Positions 52,747-60,270 of a stretch of DNA of 64,000 nucleotides are shown piece after piece (position 1 is the stretch's first letter; each line of letters starts with the position of its first letter). The notes under the pieces were generated by a model. That model did no database searches. It was given only the letters and a program-made list of their open reading frames with translations, and had not been told where the DNA came from. The position numbers and the translations under genes were made by a program. Origin of the DNA: Acidobacteriota bacterium (GTDB taxonomy: Bacteria; Acidobacteriota; UBA6911); contig OY761556.1 of NCBI GenBank assembly GCA_963664705.1, positions 6,624,001 to 6,688,000 of the forward strand. Direction: 5' to 3'.

Positions 52747-54204
52747 ATGATAAGTAAGGATGAGCTGGCAAAAATAGTTGGCAAGGAGAACGTGAGCGAT
52801 GCTCCGGAAATGCTGCTCAAGTACTCCAAAGACCGCAGCCTGGTTCCTCCGGGGATGCCCGAATATGTGGTCTGTCCGACAAGCTCGGAAAAAGTGAGCG
52901 AGATTTTGAAGTGGGCCAATACGAACAATGTGCCCGTCGTTCCGGTTTCTTCAAAGGTTCATTTTAATGGCGGCGCCATTCCGAAACAGGGCGGCGTTGT
53001 CATGGACCTGTCCAACATGAACAAAATTCTTGAAGTCGACGAAGACCTCAAGAAAGTCCGCATTGAAGCGGGCGTCACCTGGGGACAGTTGCATACTGTT
53101 CTGGCCGAAAAGGGCCTGCGCGTCCCGATGCCATTCCTGCCTCACGCAGACAGGTCTGTGCTTTCCGATTATCTTGACCGGGAAGTTCCGACCAACACCG
53201 TGTACGATTACGGCGAACCCATGCAGGCGTTCGAAGTCGTATGGCCGACCGGCGATGTGTTCCGCCTTGGTTCCGCCAGCGTGAACGGTTATCCCGATTC
53301 CGGTTCTCACGGTGGAAACCCCTCCGGTCCCGGTATCGATTTTTATCGTTTCGTGCAGGGAGCCCAGGGAACCATGGGTGTTGTGACCTGGACCAACCTG
53401 AAGGTGATGTACACGACGGCTAAAGACAAAGTATTCTTTGCCGCTATCGATGATCTGGCCTACGTGCAGGAATTCCTCTACCGGCTTCTGCCCCGCAGAG
53501 TCGGACAGGAAGTCGTCCTTCTCAACCGGACCGACCTGGCCACGATTGTTGCCGAAAATTTCCCGGCCGACTTTGAACGGCTGCGTGCAACTCTGCCTCA
53601 ATGGACACTGGCCATCGTGATTTCCGGCCTGGCTCGACGCCCCGATGAGAAGATTGCGTACGAAGTGAAGTTCCTCAAGGAACTGGTTCAAAACGAATAC
53701 CGCAAGATCACGATCGATGAAGCGCTGCCCGGATTCCCGGGACTCGGCGGAAAGCTCCTTTCATTGCTCCGCAACCCGTATCCTGCCAATGTGCCTTTCT
53801 GGAAGGATCGCTGGAAGGGGGCTTCCCAGAGCCTGTTCTTCATCGCCCGTCCGGAAAAGACTCCGAAGTTTGTTGAGATCGTTGAGGCTGTTGCCCCGAA
53901 ACACGGATACCCGGTTGCCGACATCGGAAGTTACATCCAGCCCATCGAGCACAACCGCGGTTGCCAGGTGGAATTCTCCTTCTTCTATGATGAGAATGAC
54001 GCTGCCGCCAAGGCGCGCATCGCTGCTCTCTACAAGGATGCGGCCCGCGCTCTGATTGCCGAGGGCGCTCTCTTTACCAGACCCTATGGCGATCTGGCGC
54101 CCATGGTCTACGAACGCGCTGCCAGCTATGTAATGGGGCTCAAACGGACGAAGAAGGTTTTCGACCCCAACAACATCATGAACCCGGGCAATTTGTGTTT
54201 CTAG
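52747..54204 (+). CDS. FAD-binding oxidoreductase (VAO/PCMH or GlcD-like fold)
   Basis: EAGVTWGQL, GAQGTMGVVT, FDPNNIMNPG; AAGGAGG RBS. Confidence 0.9.
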   Translation: MISKDELAKIVGKENVSDAPEMLLKYSKDRSLVPPGMPEYVVCPTSSEKVSEILKWANTNNVPVVPVSSKVHFNGGAIPKQGGVVMDLSNMNKILEVDEDLKKVRIEAGVTWGQLHTVLAEKGLRVPMPFLPHADRSVLSDYLDREVPTNTVYDYGEPMQAFEVVWPTGDVFRLGSASVNGYPDSGSHGGNPSGPGIDFYRFVQGAQGTMGVVTWTNLKVMYTTAKDKVFFAAIDDLAYVQEFLYRLLPRRVGQEVVLLNRTDLATIVAENFPADFERLRATLPQWTLAIVISGLARRPDEKIAYEVKFLKELVQNEYRKITIDEALPGFPGLGGKLLSLLRNPYPANVPFWKDRWKGASQSLFFIARPEKTPKFVEIVEAVAPKHGYPVADIGSYIQPIEHNRGCQVEFSFFYDENDAAAKARIAALYKDAARALIAEGALFTRPYGDLAPMVYERAASYVMGLKRTKKVFDPNNIMNPGNLCF

Positions 54205-54214
54205 GGAGGCGACG

Positions 54215-55507
54215 ATGCCAACAAAAGTAAATTTGGAAACAACTGATCTGAATAATTATCGATACGACATGAGCCGCTGCATCAAATGCAAAGGCTGCTA
54301 TTGGGTCGAGCACACCTATATGCCCGGCACGAAGTTCAGCGTTCGCTGCCCCAGCAACTACTGGAACGATTTCGATTCCTACGGCGCCTTCGGGAAAATG
54401 CGAATCGGCACGGGTATGGTTGAAGGAAAACTCAACTGGACGCCGACATTGCTCGAAATTGTCTATGCGGATCCTCTTTGCGGCGCCTGCGACGTAGGCT
54501 GCAAGAGAAACCTCGATCTCGAAATCGAACTTTCTCTCGAAGCTATGCGCGTAAAGGCCGTCCAGGATGGCGTCGGCCCTATGCCGGCCCATAAAAAGAT
54601 CGCCGAAAATATCGCGGCTACGCATAACCTGTTCGGCGCGGCTCATGCCGACAGGAAAAGCTGGGTGACCAGTGATATCCAGGTTGCGGAAAAAGCGGAC
54701 GTACTCTATTTCGTCGGATGCACCGCATCCTACACGAACAAGGAAATCGCCCGGGCCACAGCCAAAATTCTCAACGCGACCAAAACGCCTTTCATGCTGA
54801 TGCCCGATGAATGGTGCTGCGGCAACACGCTGCAGTCCGTCGGCATGCTGGATGAAGCCCGCGCACTGGCGCAGCGCAATATCGAGATGGTGAAGAGCAC
54901 CGGTGCGAAGACCGTTCTGTTGTCCTGCGCCGAAGGCTACCGGATGTGGAAGGTTGAATATCCGAAGCTGCTCAACATCGCGACCTCCGACCTGCCGTTC
55001 AAGGTCGTCCATCTGACCGAATTCGCGGATGAAGCCCTCAAGAACGGTTCGCTCAAGCCGGTCAAAGCCGTCAACAAACGGGTGACCTATCACGATTCCT
55101 GCAGCATCAGCCGTCTGGCCGATCCATGGACACCCTGGAGCGGAGAACGTGGCTGGATGGGAACCGTTACCCCGCCGCTGAAACGCCGCCGTGGAACCAA
55201 GGGATTGTATGCGCAGCCGAGAAACGTGATCAACGCGATCCCCGGCGTCAGCTTTACTGAAATGATCCGGACCAGAGAAAACGCATTCTGCTGCGGTGCA
55301 GGACGCGGAGCGCAAGCCGCCTTCCCGACACTCGCTTCCACATCCGCGAAACACCGGATGGAAGAAGTGAAGGAAGTAGGAGCCGAAGTCCTGATTTCTG
55401 CATGCCCGTGGTGCAAAAACAACTTCGCGAGTGCCGTGAAAGAAGACGGCAACAGCGTGACGGTGATGGACTTCTCTGAACTTATTCTCGCTTCGTTGGA
55501 CGTATAG
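54215..55507 (+). CDS. Fe-S / CCG-domain protein (GlcF/HdrD-like)
   Basis: CIKCKGC, CGACDVGC, two CCG domains (WCCG; HDSC..CCGAG..ACPWC). Confidence 0.92.
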   Translation: MPTKVNLETTDLNNYRYDMSRCIKCKGCYWVEHTYMPGTKFSVRCPSNYWNDFDSYGAFGKMRIGTGMVEGKLNWTPTLLEIVYADPLCGACDVGCKRNLDLEIELSLEAMRVKAVQDGVGPMPAHKKIAENIAATHNLFGAAHADRKSWVTSDIQVAEKADVLYFVGCTASYTNKEIARATAKILNATKTPFMLMPDEWCCGNTLQSVGMLDEARALAQRNIEMVKSTGAKTVLLSCAEGYRMWKVEYPKLLNIATSDLPFKVVHLTEFADEALKNGSLKPVKAVNKRVTYHDSCSISRLADPWTPWSGERGWMGTVTPPLKRRRGTKGLYAQPRNVINAIPGVSFTEMIRTRENAFCCGAGRGAQAAFPTLASTSAKHRMEEVKEVGAEVLISACPWCKNNFASAVKEDGNSVTVMDFSELILASLDV

Positions 55508-55517
55508 GAGGAAACTC

Positions 55518-57197
55518 ATGGCCATAGTTAAAGAAGCATATAAAGCACTAGAAACTGTTGTCGGAGCCAAATACCTGTCCGACGATCCGGTTATTTGCGA
55601 AGGATACCGGTCCGGCCCGGCCGGCTACGAAGCGGGCACTGGGTATGAACGCGTGATGACCAAGATACCGGGCGCCGTGATCATGCCGAGGACGACGGAA
55701 GAAGTTCAGAAGATTGTCAAGATCTGCGTCCGTTATACTATTCCGTACGTTCCCTACAGCACCGGTTTTTACGGACCGCGCTCTCACCCACACATTGAGA
55801 ACGCGCTCCTCGTCGACCTCAAGCGCCTGAACGATTTCGAGTTCGATGAAAAACACTGGTATGCCACTCTCGGGACCGGCGTTATCTACTCGCAATTCCA
55901 GGAAGAATGCCTGAAACGCGGCGGATACGTTGTCATCGGCGGCGGCGGCGCACAGGCGTCCGTCATTGCCAACCTGATCGGTGATGGCTGGTCTCCTTTG
56001 AGCCATAGAATCGGTCTCCCGCATCGACGCATCCTGGGAACCGAGATGGTATTGCCCGATGGCGAAATCCTGAAAATGGGATCGCTGGCTGTCGGCGATG
56101 ACTGGTACTGGGGCGACGGTATCGGTCCGGATCTCCGCGGCATCCTCCGTGGTTACACCGGACTGCGCGGCTGCCTCGGCATCGTCACCAAGATGGCCGT
56201 GAAGGTGCTCCCGTTCCAGCCGGAAAAGCTCGTGCCCACAGGCATCGCGCCCAACACCGCGCTGGCACTTCCGGAAAAGCGGGTCAAGTGGATCAACTAC
56301 ATCATGCCCAGCAAAGACGCCCAGGTGAAGGCAATGTACGAAATCGGCAAGGCCGAAATCGGCGGCGCGGTAACCAAGGTTCCTCTATTCTGGCGCCACA
56401 TCGCAAAAGCGGAGTGCAAAGAGGATTTCTGGGAGACATGGCTGAAGGAAACGCCGCAGACTGTGGCTGATTTCCACATCGTGCGCGTGCTGCTCATCGG
56501 CTTCACCAATGAAGAACAGCTCACGTATGACGAGAATGTCCTCAATGACATTATGTTGGAATTGGGCGGCCAGGCGCGCCCGACAAAGCCCAGCGACGAA
56601 TCCTGGATCAAGAACGCAGATTCAGCCGGCATGTGGCTGATGTGCGGATCCTATGTATCCGTCGACTACGTTATCGAAACTCTAAAACAGGCCACGGAAC
56701 ATGGCCCGGTCTATGCGAAGCTGAAAGAGAAGTACACGCCTCCGCTCATGCCGGATCATGGCGATCCGGGTTGGTTCCAGAGCTTCGAACTCGGATACCA
56801 GGGCTATTCCGAATTCCTCATTTACTGGGATCAGGACGAAGATACGACGGGCGTCGATCACTTCTATCTTGAGACATCCAAGATGAACATCGATCACCGT
56901 TTCTATACCGCCCTGATCGGACCGCATCAGCCGATGTACCTCACCGGCCCGATGTACGGCCCGAACTACCATGAATGGATGATCCGGATTAAGGATGAAT
57001 TTGATCCGACCTGGGTTTGCCATCCGCCGGTACCGTTTGCCCACGATGAATTCGTGGAACGCGCACCCTGGATGCAGGAATTGAAAACCTGGAAAACTCC
57101 GAAGGAATATCCGTATCCGGAGTGGTTGAAGAAGCAGATGGCCGTGGAGACCAAAGCCTTCAAAGCAAGTTTGAAACCGGCCAAGGCTAAGAAGTAG
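55518..57197 (+). CDS. FAD-binding oxidoreductase (VAO/PCMH-like fold)
   Basis: PRTTEEVQKIVK, EMVLPDGE..GS, GPDLRGI..GCLGIVTK, KDEFDP. Confidence 0.88.
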   Translation: MAIVKEAYKALETVVGAKYLSDDPVICEGYRSGPAGYEAGTGYERVMTKIPGAVIMPRTTEEVQKIVKICVRYTIPYVPYSTGFYGPRSHPHIENALLVDLKRLNDFEFDEKHWYATLGTGVIYSQFQEECLKRGGYVVIGGGGAQASVIANLIGDGWSPLSHRIGLPHRRILGTEMVLPDGEILKMGSLAVGDDWYWGDGIGPDLRGILRGYTGLRGCLGIVTKMAVKVLPFQPEKLVPTGIAPNTALALPEKRVKWINYIMPSKDAQVKAMYEIGKAEIGGAVTKVPLFWRHIAKAECKEDFWETWLKETPQTVADFHIVRVLLIGFTNEEQLTYDENVLNDIMLELGGQARPTKPSDESWIKNADSAGMWLMCGSYVSVDYVIETLKQATEHGPVYAKLKEKYTPPLMPDHGDPGWFQSFELGYQGYSEFLIYWDQDEDTTGVDHFYLETSKMNIDHRFYTALIGPHQPMYLTGPMYGPNYHEWMIRIKDEFDPTWVCHPPVPFAHDEFVERAPWMQELKTWKTPKEYPYPEWLKKQMAVETKAFKASLKPAKAKK

Positions 57198-57219
57198 TAT
57201 TTTTACCCCTTGTTGGACC

Positions 57220-57259
57220 AAGCCCGGACTGTGTTCCCATAACGCAGCCCGGGCTTTTT
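57220..57259 (+). terminator. Intrinsic terminator
   Basis: AAGCCCGG...CCGGGCTTTTT. Confidence 0.8.
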
Positions 57260-57296
57260 GCATTTATGGCCCACACGAGGCGCCCCCGTCCCGCCC

Positions 57297-57403
57297 AATG
57301 CCATTTACTTTTTTCGGGTATCTTTCTTTCGCCCCTGGCGGGTCCTGGCGGGGCTTGTTGATTCTTTGGTCGAGAACCAGGGGGTGCTGCGCTGCAGCCC
57401 TGG
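57297..57403 (+). repeat. Single degenerate copy of the repeat unit at 21361-21626
   Basis: Starts AATGCCATTTACTTTTTT, then TTCTTTCGCCC and CCAGGGG..CCCTGG. Confidence 0.65.
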
Positions 57404-57434
57404 AACCGGACTTGACCGAAATAGTAACCCCGTT

Positions 57435-57700
57435 AACCGCAAAGACCTCGAAGACCGCAAAGAAAATATTTTTGAAGGCTTTGCGGCTATCATTCTCGCC
57501 AGATCATACGCCGGATTCCATCCTTGATGCTTCAACATTAGGCACCACTGACAAACGGACTCCAGCAATCCTGGCGCTGTATGGATTGCCACCGCTGAAT
57601 CGACAATATAATGCGCAACTTCTTTCCTATCCAGTACACTGTCTCATTGCCCAGCGGCAAATGAGCAAAAATCTTTGCGGTCTTCGCGGTCTTCGTGGTT
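57435..57700. mobile_element. MITE-like unit bounded by 29-bp inverted ends made of 9-mer repeats
   Basis: 57435-57463 matches the reverse complement of 57672-57700 at 26 of 29 positions. Confidence 0.55.
57490..57634 (-). pseudogene. Internally deleted GxxExxY-family gene remnant
   Basis: EVAHYIVDSAVAIHTAPGLLESVCQWCL joined out of frame to NVE..IKDGIRRMIWRE*, matching the two ends of GxxExxY proteins. Confidence 0.75.
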
Positions 57701-57898
57701 CAAATATAAAAACTAAGCAACGCCGTTTATTTATGAAACCTGGTCGGTGAAAGAGGTCAAGCAGTTCCCGATGATAAATGCTGTGTTTGGGGAATATTTC
57801 CCTGATCAGGGAATTAGTTCTGCCACGTGATTCTCTTTGGACATTCAGTAAACTGACATATAGATAGGTTTCCATCTTTTTTCAAAATGTGAAATTCC

Positions 57899-57914
57899 TG
57901 GCATACTCCTTGCA
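57899..57914 (+). promoter_or_regulatory. sigma54 (-24/-12) promoter
   Basis: TGGCATACTCCTTGCA, 66 bp upstream of the Crp/Fnr gene. Confidence 0.7.
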
Positions 57915-57980
57915 TTTAAAACCGCTGTATCCGTGGAATCTTGTTTTTTAACGATAACCCTGCGTTTCAAGGAATAGCGC

Positions 57981-58679
57981 ATGAATACAGCGACTCCTTT
58001 GCCCTTTAACCTGCGACCCCCCGAGGCGACAGAGCAAGAGCCGACCGCGGCTTTGTTTGAATACATGGAGCAGCGCTTTGGCGATGCATGCACACAGCTC
58101 AAAGTAAAACGGAACACAGTCATCTGTACGCAAGGATCAAGGCCCTCGTGTCTTTATTTGATTAAACAAGGGGAGGTCTTATTAACACGGCTGTCGCCTG
58201 ATGGCCGTGAGACTCTGATATCCATTTTGGGACCCGGCGAATTTTTTGGTGAAAGCTCTCTTTTAAGCGGGACCGCGGTTACATTCAGTGCCGGTGCAAC
58301 AAGGCGATCAGTGCTGCTGCAGCTGCCTGACAGAAAATTCAGACTTTTGCTGAATGATCCTCAGGCTTGCCGCACGTTGCTGGAAGCCATAGCCAGGCGC
58401 TGTGATGACGCCTGGACTCAAATGGAAGTACTTGGATGCACGCACGTTCGTGACAAAGTGCGGTCCTGCCTTCTCTGGCTCTCCGGTAGAATCGGCGTAG
58501 AGACCGGCGACGGCGTCCGCATTGACCTCAACCAGACTCAGCTGGCGCGAATGGTCGGCTGTGCCCGCGAGACACTCAGTCGCGAGGTGAGCGAGTTGAG
58601 GAAGTTGCGAACGATCGATGTGCGCCACAGCAATGGACGAAAATCACTCTTCGTCGTCAATCCGAATGGTCTGAGCTGA
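57981..58679 (+). CDS. Crp/Fnr family transcriptional regulator
   Basis: GPGEFFGE cNMP-binding fold; HTH QTQLARMVGCARETLSR. Confidence 0.92.
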   Translation: MNTATPLPFNLRPPEATEQEPTAALFEYMEQRFGDACTQLKVKRNTVICTQGSRPSCLYLIKQGEVLLTRLSPDGRETLISILGPGEFFGESSLLSGTAVTFSAGATRRSVLLQLPDRKFRLLLNDPQACRTLLEAIARRCDDAWTQMEVLGCTHVRDKVRSCLLWLSGRIGVETGDGVRIDLNQTQLARMVGCARETLSREVSELRKLRTIDVRHSNGRKSLFVVNPNGLS

Positions 58680-58706
58680 TCCTTCCGGCCTATCGGGCTT
58701 CAAGCC

Positions 58707-58736
58707 ACAGGTTGCAGGTATGAACCTGCAACCTGT
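58707..58736 (+). terminator. Hairpin downstream of the Crp/Fnr gene
   Basis: ACAGGTTGCAGGT-ATGA-ACCTGCAACCTGT. Confidence 0.5.
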
Positions 58737-58834
58737 AAACCCATGCCATTTTTCTCCGAGTCTTCCTCAAATATTTTCCTCTCCCCCCTTCTGGGTTTGG
58801 GCTAAACTCTACACTCTTGTTCTGGAGGAGTTTC

Positions 58835-59017
58835 ATGAGTTCAAAAAGCCTTACGGTTACCTGTCCAATATGCGGCCGAAAAAATGATCACCCGGTGGAA
58901 TCTCTGGCAGAAGGGAAAATTATGGAATGCCCTTCCTGCAAAGTGAGACTCAATCTGCATGGCCACATGTGGGAGGAGATAAAGGCCGATCTGGAGAAGT
59001 TGGACCAGGAGGCTTAG
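58835..59017 (+). CDS. Small zinc-ribbon protein
   Basis: GGAGGAG RBS; CPIC...CPSC. Confidence 0.75.
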   Translation: MSSKSLTVTCPICGRKNDHPVESLAEGKIMECPSCKVRLNLHGHMWEEIKADLEKLDQEA

Positions 59018-59066
59018 CCGATACGGCGCGCCACCGCTTCCCGCGAATTGTGCGAAGGAGACATTC

Positions 59067-59597
59067 ATGATCCTGACTCGTGACCGCATTTTGGACGCAG
59101 TGAAAAGGGGCGATGTCCAAATCGATCCATTTGATGAACGGGCACTCGATGCCGCATCCTATGATCTGACCCTGTTTCACCAGATTCGCGTTTTCATCGA
59201 AGGGCTTAACGAGATCGACCTGATGGATATTGCGCAGGACGCGCATAACCTGATGAAGATTACGCGGCTGGTGTCTATCCCGGAAGGCAGCTACTACCTT
59301 CTAAAGCCGGGTGAACTCGTTTTGGGCATGACCGTGGAAAAGCTGACGCTGGCGCCCAATATTGCCGGGTCGCTGGAAGGCCGAAGCCGATTCGCGCGCA
59401 TGGGCTTGATGGTCCATGTCACGGCAAGTTTCCTGCAGCCCGGAATCAACGGTACCCGACAGGTGTTTGAAATCTTCAATGCCAGTCGCAATGCGATCAA
59501 GCTGCGATCCGGCGTCCGCATCGCGCAGGTGGTGTTCGAGCGGTGCGAAGGGAATGCCGTCTACAAAGGAGTCTTTTCAAGGCAGCGCAAGCTGTAA
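59067..59597 (+). CDS. dcd: dCTP deaminase
   Basis: ASYDLTL, EGRSRFARMGL, trimeric dUTPase-fold motifs. Confidence 0.85.
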   Translation: MILTRDRILDAVKRGDVQIDPFDERALDAASYDLTLFHQIRVFIEGLNEIDLMDIAQDAHNLMKITRLVSIPEGSYYLLKPGELVLGMTVEKLTLAPNIAGSLEGRSRFARMGLMVHVTASFLQPGINGTRQVFEIFNASRNAIKLRSGVRIAQVVFERCEGNAVYKGVFSRQRKL

Positions 59598-59796
59598 CCG
59601 CCTCAAGCCTTTAACCCCCGATACCCTTTCAATGCCGTGGACCGCCACCTTGGCAAGAAGTGCGGCATGGAGTACGCTTAGGATAGACTGGATTTGGAAG
59701 TGACCGCATTGCTTGTGCTGCTGTCATCATGGTTTCCCCCCTTCTGACTGCAAAAGCGATGGATCGGGAGGGATTGTAGTACCCATGGGAAGAACC

Positions 59797-60270
59797 ATGA
59801 ATGCAGAATCCTGCGCGTATCGACCGATTGAAATACTTCTGGTGGAAGACAACCCCGGCGATGTGGAGTTGACCCGCGAAGCACTCGAAGCGGCGAAGGT
59901 TTTCAATCGGCTGCATGTTGTCGACGATGGGGCGGATGCCGTAGATTTTCTTTATCGACGGGGTAGATTTGCGCAAGCACCCAGGCCCGATATTATCCTT
60001 CTCGATCTGAACCTGCCAAAGAAAGACGGACGCCAGGTGTTGGCCGAAATCAAGGTGGATGCCGGACTGGCTCAGATACCTGTGGTCGTGCTCACAACAT
60101 CCCAGGCGGATGAAGATGTTTTCCGCGCCTATCAGCTGCACGCAAACTGCTATGTGACCAAGCCGGTCGACTTCAACCAGTTTCTGCACATCATATCCAC
60201 CATCGAGGAATTCTGGCTTACGGTCGTCAAACTGCCGAGGCATAACTCCGAAAGTCAAGGAGGGTTTTAA
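59797..60270 (+). CDS. Single-domain response regulator (Rcp1-like)
   Basis: [28 protein letters not shown]. Confidence 0.92.
   Translation: MNAESCAYRPIEILLVEDNPGDVELTREALEAAKVFNRLHVVDDGADAVDFLYRRGRFAQAPRPDIILLDLNLPKKDGRQVLAEIKVDAGLAQIPVVVLTTSQADEDVFRAYQLHANCYVTKPVDFNQFLHIISTIEEFWLTVVKLPRHNSESQGGF

Noticed and set aside
59067-59597. dCTP deaminase as an anti-phage nucleotide-depletion system
   Set aside because: It has the trimeric dUTPase-like housekeeping fold, not the kinase plus Zn-deaminase architecture of defence enzymes, and has no defence neighbours.
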